Below, one piece after another: positions 1 to 13,463 of a DNA stretch of 64,000 bases (position 1 is the first letter of the stretch; the number at the start of each line of letters is the position of its first letter). A program made the position numbers and the translations under genes. The stretch is from Tubiluchus corallicola (Eukaryota; Animalia; Priapulida), in contig JAQGDQ010000754.1 of the NCBI GenBank assembly GCA_030141605.1, forward strand, positions 1 to 64,000, given 5' to 3'. The notes below the pieces were generated by a model that was not told where the DNA came from, did not search any database, and saw nothing but the letters and a program-made list of their open reading frames with translations.

Positions 1-464
1 AACAAAAATTACTTGCAAATATGTTGGCTTTATCATGCCAGTTTTTACCCGCCACTTGATTACTCGTTGTTATCGACGCATTAACAGACTTTGGTGTAAA
101 ATAAAACATTGAAAATGTTTTAAACAAGTTGGAGGAGTGATCAAGATGTGTATTTGTAGCACCATCTGTGTGTTTTTCAGTTTTTAAATGGTTTCATCTC
201 CGATACTGCTTCTGGTATTTACATTTCACTGATCGATGTTATGCCTTTAAAGTTTAAAGCGATATCAGAAGTCTCTGTCGGTTTAGTATCGCATCTTAGA
301 GAATTAACATCGATAACGAGATGAGTTGCGGTCCACTTAAGGTGTGTCCTGTCGTTAGATGTTCAATTTAGACTCTGAAGATTAAAATTTTGTTTCATGT
401 TTGGACAATTGCATGCATGAGTTTACGTTTTTAGATATTGCACATAAAAAAACGTTAGACATCT

Positions 465-736
465 ATAACACCAGATCCAAGGTGCACTGAGCACCAGCAC
501 ACACAATCTTAGTACCAGAACCAGCACCCCCGGTCTCAGCACCAGCATTCTCAACCTCAGTGCAGAAAACTTCATCACCTGTACTCACAGTGCTCCCAAT
601 GAATTGTAATTCATACTACTCCGATGAAAGGAATTTTTTATACTCTTTATCGCGACTGTGGTGAATACAAGAGCTGAAGTTCTGTGACCGAGGTTGTGGG
701 TGCTGGTGCTGAGAGCACCTGGGTCGGGTATTGTAA
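465..736. mobile_element. Degenerate foldback/MITE in an SLC6 intron
   Basis: Imperfect inverted repeats of about 50 bp built from CAGCAC motifs. Confidence 0.5.
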
Positions 737-866
737 TGTGGTCAAACGTCATGTGATGCTGACCATCGTCGCACCATCATCAGTGGCAGTACGGTTGTTG
801 TTATCAACAATGTTATTGTTCTTCAATGGGTGTTTTGTATGTTATGAAATAACGTAATGAGCTCAC

Positions 867-970
867 CTGTATACATTGTTGTGGAATTTATTGTAGGAAG
901 CATAGGCAATGTGTACACCAAACCCTGGCCCAACTGAATAGAAAATTTGTATTGCTGCATCTATCCACAC
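867..970 (-). CDS. SLC6 sodium-dependent monoamine transporter (octopamine/dopamine/noradrenaline transporter-like), TM6 exon
   Basis: CAG acceptor and GTGAG donor bound a 104-bp exon reading [35 protein letters not shown], the SLC6 TM6 motif. The GFGVH-x-YASYN variant resembles invertebrate octopamine transporters (from memory). Confidence 0.93.
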
Positions 971-1615
971 CTGTATCGGACAATAATTACTATTCCTTTA
1001 ACAATAATCAAACACTAATATAGTTCCCATAACTTGAGTCATTACGTAATTAGCCAAAAATCTCAGGAACGAATGGCTAGCAACTGTTAGTGTGTTCACA
1101 CTGATTGCGTTCACTGCAGATACATATCACCATTGCATCCGGTTTATGTTCACTCGGGTCAAACTGATTAAACTGAGAACAGTGCTTACAACACCCGACT
1201 CCCATTTACAGTACTTATACACTGTGTACAAAAACCCAGTCCTTTTTACACTGCATATAAAAACCCTGGCTTGTTTACACTTCATATAAAAACCGAGTCC
1301 TGTTCACACTGTTTGTAAGAAGCGAGTTATGTTTAAACTATTTACAAGAAGCGAGTCCTGTTCACACTATCTGCAAATATGAATTACCTTGAGCACTTTC
1401 AAACAATAATTGATTATACCAGATATTAACAAAAAATAACTTACCTTTACTTCAATTTCTTTAAACGAAAGCATGTCAAAAATACAAGTTAAATGTTTCA
1501 AAGATGTAGTTTTGAAAACTAATACTTATTTTATTCTAAAATCTGTTTCACACAGTCTTCTGAAATTAGTAGTCAATGTACTGATAATTTGATACAAAAA
1601 CGACTAAACACTTAC

Positions 1616-1750
1616 TTCAATGTGTAACAGTCGTTCAGCATTTGGTATGAGGTAGTATTTGATACCCTCTTTTGCTCCTTCCAACATGACTCCTCTAATA
1701 AGCAGTATAAGTAACACAATGTAGGGCATTAGTACGGTAACGTAAACAAC
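1616..1750 (-). CDS. SLC6 transporter, TM5 exon
   Basis: 135-bp phase-0 exon (CAG / GTAAG) reading [45 protein letters not shown]; joins the 867-970 exon in frame. Confidence 0.93.
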
Positions 1751-1954
1751 CTGCAACAATATAAACAAGTAAGATGCGGTGTAAATGCAAAAAGGGAAAG
1801 TAAAAACAAGAAGGGTAAAAAAGACGAGTAACATGAGAAAAGGAGAAAAATTAAGGCAAAAAGGAAAGCAGAAAGCAAAAAAAAGAAATAAAGAAAGAAA
1901 GGAGAAAAAAGAAAGAAACAAACAAACAAAGAATGAATTAATGAATGGGTGAAT

Positions 1955-1956
1955 GA

Positions 1957-2028
<72 letters not shown>

Positions 2029-2065
2029 AAGAAAGAAAGAAAGACAGACAGAAACAAACAAACAA
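1955..2065. repeat. (GAAA)n/(GACA)n microsatellite
   Basis: Directly visible in the sequence. Confidence 0.95.
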
Positions 2066-2199
2066 AAGAAAAAATAGGTGGACAAGAGATGGGTTGCAGA
2101 AGAAAAGAAAGAAGAAGAAAATAAAGTAATAAAAATAAAAATAAACAGACTAGAGGAAAGAACAGTATAGATAAATGAAGACAAACAAAATTATTTCAC

Positions 2200-2338
2200 C
2201 TTCCCAGATGTCTTAACTCCTTTCCATAATGCCAGAAATAAAAAGGTAAAAGTAAGTAATGCACACAATGTCATGTCCCATTTCATTCCTCCCAAATCTT
2301 CTATTCCAGAGCTTTTATATATGCCCAACACCTTGCGG
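2200..2338 (-). CDS. SLC6 transporter, EL2-TM4 exon
   Basis: 139-bp exon (CAG / GTGAA) reading RKVLGIYKSSGIEDLGGMKWDMTLCALLTFTFLFLALWKGVKTSGK; WKGVKTSGK is a hallmark of monoamine transporters. Confidence 0.93.
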
Positions 2339-2799
2339 CTGTTTCAGAGAAAAAATGGTAAAATAGTTATAATAATCATTCATTACTTTAATTTTTTTAA
2401 TACACACGATTTGAGACTGTCGTTGACTATGAGGTTTTAGGCAACGAGAGACGATCCAACGCACCATTTTGCTCGTTTGTTTTATTGCAATTTTTGCGAC
2501 TCTGGTACGCCAGAGTGCTGGACCAGAGCAACGGAAAGCAGACACTGACAGTCTGACGTCCAAAAACATTAAAAAAAAAACGAAAGCGAATAACCGCATT
2601 CAAAAAACATGCAAACTTAAAAATATTAAATAATAATTTTAATGCATTTTTTTCAGCATCAAAGAAACAAACATCAGTGTATATCCAAAACAGGCTGCTG
2701 ATAATGACAATAATTATGATGATAAATTTAATAATGATGATGATACGAAGAAGAAGAATAGTAATTATTCATTGTACTAATGATGATAATTTTAATAAA

Positions 2800-2833
2800 A
2801 ATAATAATAACAATAACAACAACAACAACAACA

Positions 2834-2901
<68 letters not shown>

Positions 2902-2921
2902 AAGAAGAAGAAGAAGAAGAA
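2800..2921. repeat. (AAT)n/(AAC)n/(AAG)n compound microsatellite
   Basis: Directly visible in the sequence. Confidence 0.95.
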
Positions 2922-4514
2922 TTGACATAACAGTACCAACATTGGGACTAAATATGTAGACTTTTAAAAATGTACAATCTAGCAGTTTAGTTTGGAAGAA
3001 TCTGAGAAAAGTCAATTAGTGTTGCACTATGCAGTCCTAGCATAGTTGTAGAAAGTCTAGAAAATCCACTTATAAACATTAGCAATTACAGAGTGAGAAC
3101 AGCAGGAGATACAGATCGAATCAAACTATTTTGGGTTCAGCATATATACATCCTGAGACTGTACATTTTGTTAAGCCTTACAGTTTTTTGTAGACTCAGC
3201 TTTGCACGTGATGATAAACCAGATGAGGGTTTATGGGACCAAATAATTATAACAATTGTAATAACAATAATTGCATGGCACCTGTCATTTAGATTAATCT
3301 ACAGCCAATTAACCAGACTCACTTCAAAAGCTTGATAAAAAAACTCAGTGCCATTTTACTAGTTGAATGAACAAGTCTGCATTTGATAATTATGACTCGA
3401 TCACTGTAGCCTCATTCATGGAGCTCCATGCTTGTGAATTATTCTTATACAGCTAACTGTAATTGGTTATGTATAATAGTTAAATTTTAATAATTATGTA
3501 ATCTTTTTCTAAGATTAACAGAAGTATTAACTGCATATTACTTCAATACTAAAATAAAAAAATTACAAAAACATGAACTATTTCTATGTTTCCATAGATA
3601 TCTCACTTAGATTTACCAATCATTATAAGTCAAGTTCATGTGGCATCATTTGTACAGAAGTACGATTTCATGCCTCATTGCAGCTTTAATTATTTCTTAC
3701 AAAGCTGGTTCAAAAAGTCTGATGCTGGAGAATAGTTATTGTGCAGGATTTGTTTGAGAAAAGTCCGAATGAGTGTTACATGTGTGCAAAATTTTAAGCA
3801 TTTGAGCATGCATAGTAAGTAAATGATTATATGCAGTTCAAATGGATCATTATAATAATAATTATTTTCGTCGTTGTTGTTGTTGTTGTTGTTACTGTCA
3901 CTGTCACTGGTGTTGCCACACCTGCTGTTGTTGTTGTCATCCTTGTTTTTGTTGCCATATAAAGTATGTATACTGTACATACTTGGTATTACTCAATCGC
4001 TACCGTTGTCAATATTGCTGCTGTTGCTATTGCCACCACTCTCATTACCATTATCACTATCGCCATTGTTGTTGTTGTTAAGTTATATCTAGTCCTCTCA
4101 CTGTCATGTAGACGGGAGTTGCTTTCACTATTCTTGCATAACTCTTCTGCCAATTTTACTGTTGCTGTTGTAATTGGCACCACCATGGCTGTCGTCGTTA
4201 TTTTTGTTACATTCTTTGCTGCATTTGTTGCTATCCTAGTTACTCGTTGTAGTTTGTCAACAACTTGCCAATTTGCTATCTTGTTAGGCGAAGTAAAGCA
4301 GTAAAGAGAATTGGGTAAAGTTCGGTAAAAAGCTGGTTTTGTTTTGCTTCGGGATTTGGCAAATGAGATATCAAGTTATTAACAGACAAATCAAATGGCG
4401 CCAGAGATGAAACTATGCATTGCCACAAAAATGAGCAAATCGACGGCTTGATGGTGATGAGATTAATAGATGCGGCTTTTGGTTAGAGCAGCGAAAATAC
4501 TGTAATTAATTAAA

Positions 4515-4542
4515 ATGTCAAATCTGGAAGATATGAAGTCAG
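4515..4542 (+). CDS. CEP20: CEP20/FOPNL exon 1
   Basis: aaaATG TCA AAT CTG GAA GAT ATG AAG TCA G|GTAAG (MSNLEDMKS), phase 1, compatible with exon 2; resembles MATVAELKA-V of FOPNL. Confidence 0.85.
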
Positions 4543-5230
4543 GTAAGCCAAGCTGATTCTGGCTCTGATAATTTTTCGGTGGTACAGTCTTGATCCATTA
4601 AGCAGCGAGCAAAGTCTCAATATGAATGAGAATATGGACCGAAACATTTAGTTGACATAAACAATTGCAAACAAATGGTTGTTTAATAGCATCTTCTTCT
4701 TAATGCTGCTTACCTAAATTTACTGTTGTTCCAAACCCGAAAAGAAACGATCAGAACCGATACAGATTTTTTGATTTTCTTCGGAACCGATACCGAACCA
4801 ATGTATCCCATTTATTTTTTTGAAAACCGATACCAATTAAGCGATCACTGATTATTGTTTAGCCCAGATATAAATGCAAACTATAGTATTAACACTTGTG
4901 TTCACTGTTACTTAGAAAATTGGACATATCTTTCAAAAATGGAGACTTTTCCCTGTCTTTATGTATAAACGTTCTTGTTGCTAAAGCTGGAAGCTCGAAA
5001 TGTGTATACACGTCAATGTTATTCCGATTCAGACTGATATAGATTTTCCTCGAAACTGATACCAATCCAGCATTTTTCGCGAATATCAGCGATCGACCTA
5101 TCAGCAATCGTCCTATCGGAACAACACTGCTTACCATGTGAGTTAACCCCATTGAATCAGCAATAGTTGAATTTTCATTTATTTTTATTTTCATCGTGTT
5201 AATGCCGTAAAGTTTTACTACTTTGCTACT

Positions 5231-6150
5231 AATAAAGTCAGACTCATATGAACTTGTATAATAAAGTCAGACTCATATGAACTTGTATAATAAAGTCAGA
5301 CTCATATGAACTTGTATAATAAAGTCAGACTCATATGAACTTGTATAATAAAGTCAGATTCATATGAACTTGTATAATAAAGTCAGATTCATATGAACTT
5401 GTATAATAAAGTCAGACTCATATGAACTTGTATAATAAAGTCAGATTCATATGAACTTGTATAATAAAGTCAGATTCATATGAACTTGTATAATAAAGTC
5501 AGATTCATATGAACTTGTATAATAAAGTCAGACTCATATGAACTTGTATAATAAAGTCAGACTCATATGAACTTGTATAATAAAGTCAGATTCATATGAA
5601 CTTGTATAATAAAGTCAGATTCATATGAACTTGTATAATAAAGTCAGACTCATGAACTTGTATAATAAAGTCAGACTCATATGAACTTGTATAATAAAGT
5701 CAGATTCATATGAACTTGTATAATAAAGTCAGATTCATATGAACTTGTATAATAAAGTCAGATTCATATGAACTTGTATAATAAAGTCAGATTCATATGA
5801 ACTTGTATAATAAAGTCAGACTCATATGAACTTGTATAATAAAGTCAGACTCATATGAACTTGTATAATAAAGTCAGACTCATATGAACTTGTATAATAA
5901 AGTCAGACTCATATGAACTTGTATAATAAAGTCAGACTCATATGAACTTGTATAATAAAGTCAGACTCATATGAACTTGTATAATAAAGTCAGACTCGTA
6001 TGAACTTCTATAATAAAGTCAGATTCATATGAACGTGTGTAATAAAGTCAGACTCATATGAACGTGTATAATAAAGTCAGACTCATATGAACTTGTATAA
6101 TAAAGTCAGATTCATATGAACTTGTATAATAAAGTCAGATTCATATGAAC
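5231..6150 (+). repeat. 29-bp tandem array x32
   Basis: Unit aataaagtcaga(c/t)tcatatgaacttgtat. Confidence 0.97.
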
Positions 6151-7231
6151 TGTTGCAGTGAATAGCGAAATTCCTTTAAAATCTTGATGGTATTCACAGA
6201 AGTCTTTATTTCTGTTAATAAAATAAAATTACAAAATTGTGAGTTTGCAAATAGATTTTGATGTCTTCTGACTGATTCCTCCAAATAACCCAAAACAAAC
6301 AGTATTAGCAAATTAATTGTCACGTTAGGCAATTACTGGTGTTGCAGCTATTCTGTAAAACTTACTATTACTTGAACTTAAAATGGAACATTGTGATAAA
6401 ATATATTATGTTAGCTTATGTTTAACAAAGTAATTATTCGTATAATTCAAAGTAATTGTAACAATACCATAGATATGGTTTGTGTAGATCAAAAATCTTG
6501 GTGTGTAGATCAAAGAGCTTTGCAGTGTTCTGCATTCTAGACTGTCTTGCTGCTCTGATCTTCTTTGTTTAAGTTCCTAATTAGTTTAATAAATATTATT
6601 TTATTATGTACGCATTTGTCTGGTTGCTAATATTATTGTAGCGTGTAACAGTAATTATCAACACTTACATTGTTGCGGCTATGAAAACATTAAGGTAATG
6701 AAGTAGGTCCAACAAAAACATAAGGCTCTAATCTTGAAAAACAAAAATATTAGCAATTCTGGAACGTGTCAACATAAATCATGGCAGTCTGACTACTGCT
6801 GCTCAAGCCAACTCACCTACCCAAACCAGGTGAAACAGGTGGCAGCACTTACACAAGAACATCAAATTTTCTGCTAAATATTAAAGCAAAGTGAAACAAA
6901 TTTTTGCCTAATGCAGAGAGGCTGCCACATGAACCAAAATAATAAGATCAAGAACACCTAGCAATAATATATTGTAATAATATTTTAAGATTCTACCTTG
7001 CTATTTGTTCTTAAGGCGGCTAATGATTTGTAATTTAACGTTAAGCATTCTGTAGTTCAGTTTTACTTCTCTTTTTCAATAATATATCCTCTGTTAGGTA
7101 TAGCATTTGCCAACGTACTCTGTAATTGAAATATCTGCGCAATAAACTTGAATTGAATTTACAGCTTTTTTCGTGTTACAAATAGGGACATTAAATAGTT
7201 AACTTAATTTTCATACGTGTATTGACTCAAT

Positions 7232-7509
7232 CACGAGACGGCTTAGTCTAGTGGTAATGCGTCTGCTTTCCGTCTGGGAGGTCTTGAGTTCGAACCAGCG
7301 GCCGGGTCATACCAAAGACTTTAAAAATGGTACCTGCTGTTGCCCTGCCTGACGCGTGGTATTTAGGGTAAAAGTGGGGTAATAATAGTCTCTGTTATGT
7401 AGTTGTAGGTTGTTATTTACAGTCGGTGATAATAGCTCTTTGACCTAATGTTAATTGTTGACCCAAAAGCCAACTTTAAATAAAGATTATTATTATTATT
7501 ATTATTATT
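7232..7509 (+). mobile_element. tRNA-derived SINE with a V-domain-like core
   Basis: A box TAGTCTAGTGG, B box GAGTTCGAACC, core GTCATACCAAAGACTTTAAAAATGGTAC and an (ATT)n tail; two more copies lie in the window. Confidence 0.85.
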
Positions 7510-7790
7510 CACACTTATTTCAGAAATTTTAATTTGTTATTTTATAACATTTTATTCTAACTCCTTAGCTTTTTATTGTTACTTTTTTGGTTTAGGCCAT
7601 ATGCATTGCTGAAATCATTTTAGTGCTTTGAACATTTCAAAACGTGCATTTCATATTCCAGTAAGAAGTAAGCCACCTAGTGGATTTGCAATGATTTGTC
7701 TGCAAGAATGCAGAGGAGAAATTTCGACATAACTTTTACAATAACAATTTACATTGAATTTACTCATCACAGCTGCTTCCATTGTTTTAG

Positions 7791-7988
7791 TGCTTAAAGA
7801 GACTCTAGAGAAAAGAGGAGTTTTGGGGCAGCTGAAAGCACGGATTAGAGCGGAGATATTCCAAGCGCTTGATGATCAAAGTGAAACGAAACCTCGTCTG
7901 AGTCATGAAAACATGCTGATTAATGAACTGATTCGGGAGTATTTATTATTTAACAACTATAAATACTCGGAATCAGTGCTCACAGCTG
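7791..7988 (+). CDS. CEP20: CEP20/FOPNL exon 2 (LisH domain)
   Basis: TAG acceptor and GTATG donor; VLKETLEKRGVLGQLKARIRAEIFQALDD...LINELIREYLLFNNYKYSESVL is the FOP/FOPNL signature. Confidence 0.95.
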
Positions 7989-8944
7989 GTATGTTTTTTT
8001 TTGCATTTTAGTTTTTTATATCCATTAGCTAGTATGCCTGATAAGGTATAGCGTGAACAAATGAATAAACTTGTACTGGAAATTTAACCTACTTAGCAGC
8101 AGCCTTCTCTTTGGCCACTGTTAGTGTCTCTGAGAGGCATTTATGACAACTTTAAAAGTCTCAGTTGTATTTTCATATAAACCACTGATCTTTATTTCTG
8201 CAACATTTAAAACAAAAAAATAGAAAGGCAAAGGTGACTGACATTGGCTAATTTAGTTAGATTGTTAATGAATAATGAATAAATCAAAATAAAAATTAAT
8301 AGAAGTAAACTTGCATCGTTGCGGCATAGCTAATGAAAAATTTCGCTAGCTTGTACAAGACACATGTTCACTCATACAACAGAACAGCATAAATGAAAAC
8401 ATAACTAGGTCAATGTCCACACTTTAAACTTTCTAGCTAGATGGAGCCACCTTGGCTACAAAATTAAAATTTATTAAGTGTTAGGTTCACACTGGCCTTA
8501 ATAGCCACCTTGTGGCGATTTTAGGCCTGATCACATGATCACGGCTGATCTGGTTGAGTGGACTGAATTTTGTTAACACAAGACAAGTTATAAGGCGTTA
8601 GAATATCGTCGTGTTGTGTGTTTAAAAGGCTCATGATTTGGGGGAAATAATGTATGTATATCTTTTATTACTTTTAAAATTAGTTATTTTGTTAAATTAC
8701 AAATTAATTAAAAATTACAGTAAAACTGTAGTGTAAAAACTGCGACATTATGTATAATTATTGATCTTTTGGTTATTGGTATTTTTTGGCACAAACTTTT
8801 TATTGTTTAGATGGAATGACGTGTTTTGGGGAATAAAAGACAAGAAAGAGCAAAATTTATTATGCAAGGCTTCAAATTTCAATTAATTTTAAAATCCCAA
8901 AACTTGTAGAAAAAGGCCTATTAATAGGTTTGAAGATAAGACCA

Positions 8945-10888
8945 TAGTTGTGAAAGTCGTGTTTGAAGTTGTAGATCACTCACTTTGTTATGATTGAGTT
9001 TAGGCACAGAAGTATGAACAAGAATAAAAAATCTATAATAGATATTTGCACTGCACACAACAGAAAAGTGTTTATTATAACTACAGACACATGAGTAGCA
9101 TGACTGCTGCACTGAACACTGAGAGTGAGAGTGAGAGAGTGACTAGAAAGCAAAACCAGTCAGTACATATAGGTATAGGTGACCTATGCAGACTTGCACA
9201 GGCTTCACAACAACCATTACTTTAAAATAGGGAGAGAACCAGTGAATATGCATTCACTGGACCATACAGTTATACTGGGGGTAAGTCAGCTGGTAGAATG
9301 TAACACGATTAGCCCATAGATGGCAGCACCTAATTAAAATGTACAATTCCAACTTCCACAATAGTGAAATGTTATTTGTTTATGATGTTTATGTTGTTTG
9401 ACAAATAGCCAGCCAGAAAAAGTTTCGATTGTGTAAATTGCCATTGATTATAAAGTTCGACAGAATGGTAGTTGCAGACAAAATTTGAGAAGCTATTGTA
9501 GCAAACTTTCATAGTGGTGAAAGCTGCATGTGTATTGTACTTGGTTAATTGTATGAAGTTTGTGTGAAGCACAAGTTTTAGGTTTTCGTTCAGAATAGGG
9601 TTACCATACGTCCGGGTTTCCCCGGACACGTCCTCTTTTTGGGCATCTGTCTGGGCGTTCAGGCGGGTTTTCAAAAAATCGGCAGGTTGTCCGGGTTTTG
9701 TCTCAATCCGTAAGTATGTACGGACGTTGCCAACTGCAGAGGCGTACGACAGGACGAGACAAAGAAAAGCTCGTTAATTTTCAATACAAGATGTTGCTAA
9801 CATCTCAAAATGCTACCCTTGTAAAAGCTTTGTGTACATATTTACTGAACAAAAGTAAGCGCTGCGCACATCACTATGGGTCACACGACTCACACCGCTG
9901 TCGATACTCGGCGTATTCGCTAACGACTTAAAATGACGTCAGACAGTGTTCTCTTTTTCAACTCAGACAATATGGTAAGCCTATGTACATTAAGTTAAGA
10001 GAAAGTGTCGTCAGCTGTTGTCAGTTACAGGCTGGCTCTATGTATAAAAATTTCATTCTGCATTAATTGTGTTACTAATTTTTTAAAAGTTTTATTATTT
10101 TGTCTCTTTTCATCTTTGTTTGATTGCCATCTTAATTAATCCATGCTGATTGAGTTCGTATGCTGTAGCGAATTTATAAAAAAGTCTTTAAAAAATATAT
10201 AAAATATATAATAATTATATAATATATAATAATAATAGTAAATAAAATATATATTTTAAGAATTTATAAGAAGACATTTTGCAGAAAGAGAGGATATTTT
10301 TTCCACCCATTTGGGGACCAAGATGACCCTTTACCTTCATAGTTCAGTAAACTTTAATAATGTTCATTCTAGCTCATTGAAGACTGTAAAAGTCATTTTT
10401 GAAGTTGTTGATCACTCACTTTGTTATGATTGAGTTTAGACACAGAGAAGTATGAATAGGAATAAAAAATCTATAATACATATTTGCACTGCACACAACA
10501 GAAAAGTGTTTATTAAAACTACAGACACATGAGTAGCAAAACTGCTGCACTGAACACTGAGAGTGAGAGTCTCCTGCACTGAACACTGAGAGTGAGAGTC
10601 TCCTGCACTGAACACTGAGAGTTAGATTGAGAGAGTGTCCTGCACTGAACACTGAGAGTGAGAGTGACTAGAAAGTAAAAACAGTCAGTATATACAGGTA
10701 TAGGACTTGACCTATGCAGACTTGCACAGGCTTCACAACAACCATTACTTTAAAATAGGGAGAGAACCAGTGTGTATGCATTCACTGGACAGTACAATTA
10801 TACTGAAGGTAAGTCAGCTGGTAGAATGTAACAGGATTAGCCCATAGATGGCAGCACCTAATTAAAATGTACAATTCCAACTTCCACA
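8945..10888 (+). repeat. Direct duplication in CEP20 intron 2 (about 8945-9360 and 10385-10888)
   Basis: High identity by eye; the second copy has about 4 units of a 29-bp motif present once in the first. Confidence 0.85.
9596..9983. mobile_element. hAT-like MITE
   Basis: TIRs TAGGGTTACCATA / TATGGTAAGCCTA with subterminal GTCCGGG motifs; no clear TSD. Confidence 0.6.
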
Positions 10889-11002
10889 AAGACATTCATT
10901 CGTGGTTGAAATGGTTGTTACTAGTATTTAAAAGATTAAAAACAATATTGTATGGCACATAGCTACACGATTAACCAAGTAACAGAAATTTTTCCATTTC
11001 AG

Positions 11003-11087
11003 AAGCTGGACAGCCTCGGACGTCGCTAGATCGTGCGTTTTTGTCCCACGAACTTAACATTTCCCAAGTTGGAGAATCACAAAATGT
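11003..11087 (+). CDS. CEP20: CEP20/FOPNL exon 3
   Basis: 85 bp (CAG / GTAAGT), reading (E)AGQPRTSLDRAFLSHELNISQVGESQNV; phases match both neighbours. Confidence 0.9.
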
Positions 11088-12056
11088 GTAAGTACATTCT
11101 CTTTAAGTCTTGTCAGAATTATACCATATATGACTAGGGACAGTACTTTTTTTTGTTGCTACAAAATTACATGTACTTTGCATTTTAAAAGATTAATTTG
11201 ATTTTTCACATGTAAAATGCAGTAATAATAACTGACATAATAGTTAGGAAGTCACAAAATTTCTGTAATATGCATTTGTAGGGAATTTGAGCCAAAAACT
11301 ACAATAACTTTTTTTAAATCAGAGCTTAGATTAAATAATAATTACCTCGGATACTCAAATTTCGTTAAACTTTCAAAGCTACACGCGGCTCAGTGAATTT
11401 ACTAAGATTGGCAATGGCGCCTTTTTGTTACATTCGCGTGGCCGACAAATAGAAGGCGGTACCATGATAAGCATGATCATGAACTGCAGTGTTGATTTCA
11501 TGATGTCATGTGATGTAAAGCCCATTTTTCGTGACATCATGCGTTTAAACAGTATTGTAACACTTATGCAAACGTGCTTGACGCGCAAGGGAAGGCGCCT
11601 GCCATTGCACAAACTGTGGTTAGTTTCTCACGTAAGCAATAGCTGTGTTCGGTTGCTGTTAATTAACTTGAGCTCAGCTAATCATTCAAATTTAAGAAAC
11701 AATTGTCAACTTTTATAGGCAAGAGAATGTACATTTTGGACAGTAAATTAAAATGAGATTGAGTCTAAACAATCATCCGGTCTTCCTTTAAATACTTGTC
11801 GTATACTCTAGTACACAATTGAAACTGAACCAACTTTATGTATTTATTTCTAATAGATACAAACAATCACACCTAGGATGATTATGCTCAAGTAATAATG
11901 AAAATGTTGGAATTTTTTGTCCTATCAGCTCAAATTTTGTTAGCAGTTCTTACATTCTCTTCTGTACCCAACGTTTTAAAACATTTACGTTAGAAGTGTA
12001 ATGTTTGTCAATATTTAACAGAAATGACCAATTTTCTTCTGAATAATATGTTTTAG

Positions 12057-12207
12057 ACCATTGCTATACAGCATGCTGAGTCACTTTGTCAAACAAGTTC
12101 CAACCGGAGCTATGAAGGCACAACCAGCTGCATCTGGAGATAAGAATGTCCATATCTCACTGCCAACAGACGTAACTCAGCAGTCAAGCAACCCACATGC
12201 AAGTTGA
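12057..12207 (+). CDS. CEP20: CEP20/FOPNL exon 4 (terminal)
   Basis: TTTTAG acceptor, then PLLYSMLSHFV... to TGA at 12205-12207; PLLY is conserved in this family. Confidence 0.88.
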
Positions 12208-13463
12208 CAGAGTTTCAAAACCTGCATGTAACTCGTATGTAAAATTCTTTTACTTGTACAATACATTTGAATAAATTAATGTCATTTTTATACTACTAAT
12301 TTGAATGTGCCTATAATAAGTATGTTTCTTGCAGTATTTTTCAGTGTCGGGAAGTTGCACATATGTTTCCCGAGCATTAAACTATATAAAGCGTTATTAA
12401 ACTAACGCTTTATATTTGTGAAATTTGTGATGTGTGAATCATACTATTGTTCTCAAGTTATCAGTGAATAGAAATGATACTTGAATGAAATAATGATGTA
12501 TTTTATTGTGGCCACATTTTAATCAAATCTTGGCTGCTTTTTGTTGTTGGTTTGTGGTCTTTTGAAATAGGAAGTACGAATGACTAAATGAAAATGATTA
12601 AATGTTCAAAGTAGTGAGACACAAACAATCAAAGAAATACATATCGAGGTTTACTTTAAAAAGGGATAATCGCATAACCCTATCTTAACGACAATCATAA
12701 AAAGATTTCTGACAGTTTCAGTCCTGTTACTAATAGATTACCAGGTTAGTGCACCATAGGTTTCTCCTCTGACTTTTATTAACATACAGTAAAATAAATT
12801 TTCGATAATCAGTATTGCAATCAACTGTATTTTCTTTTATTAAGCTTGTTAATATGGTAGTTGATTACGATTTGAAATGATACTTTTTACTGAGGTCGAC
12901 ACTAGGTCAGACGAATTGCCGATCATTACTGAAGCCATGATTGTTTTTACAAGTCAAGTTTCAAGCGCATATAAGACGTAAAGTTCAATCAAAATATTTT
13001 TCTCTAAATTTATAACTTCTCAGCTAAAATTTCGTTGATTATGTTTAGTTTGTTCCATGTTGTTTTACAGACGGTACTCTACACTTATCTAAGCTGGCAA
13101 AAATCTCTCCATTTTCTAGCACAAAAATGCATTAGTATAATGTTTGTATTTGTAAACTACACGAATTACATTAAAACAAAACCCTAAAATGAATATTTTT
13201 ACATTTAACTTTAGCTGGATAACTGGAGATTAATTTTTTATATGAAAGGAACATGTTTATAAATGGATGATGCGGTTGATGCAACACTTAGCATATTAGG
13301 TGTTAATAATTTATGCAAATGACTGACTGACTGTGAACTCATAAATACCACTTTAATATTTCATGGTGTTGGTAATAGACCGGCACGCATCATGTTTAAT
13401 TCATCTGTTCATGATGGAGTGGAATATCGTAGTCACTCGCATGTCATGCTTATTGACCAATTA

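Larger units (their letters stand above)
4515..12207 (+). other. CEP20: Gene span: CEP20/FOPNL, LisH-domain centrosomal protein, 4 coding exons, 153 aa
   Basis: Exons of 28+198+85+151 bp join in frame to a TGA; AATAAA at 12270. Confidence 0.92.

Noticed and set aside
3690-3800. SPASDF segment as the missing SLC6 EL2 exon
   Set aside because: The donor is phase 1 but the next exon needs phase 2, and there is no LPW/WNT motif in frame.
4227-4245. X-box in the CEP20 promoter
   Set aside because: The half-sites GTTGCT and AGTTAC have the wrong spacing for a canonical X-box.
7232-7310. tRNA gene
   Set aside because: It is the head of a SINE that continues into a core domain and an (ATT)n tail. 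The B-box fragments at about 47590 and 53050 also lack a cloverleaf.
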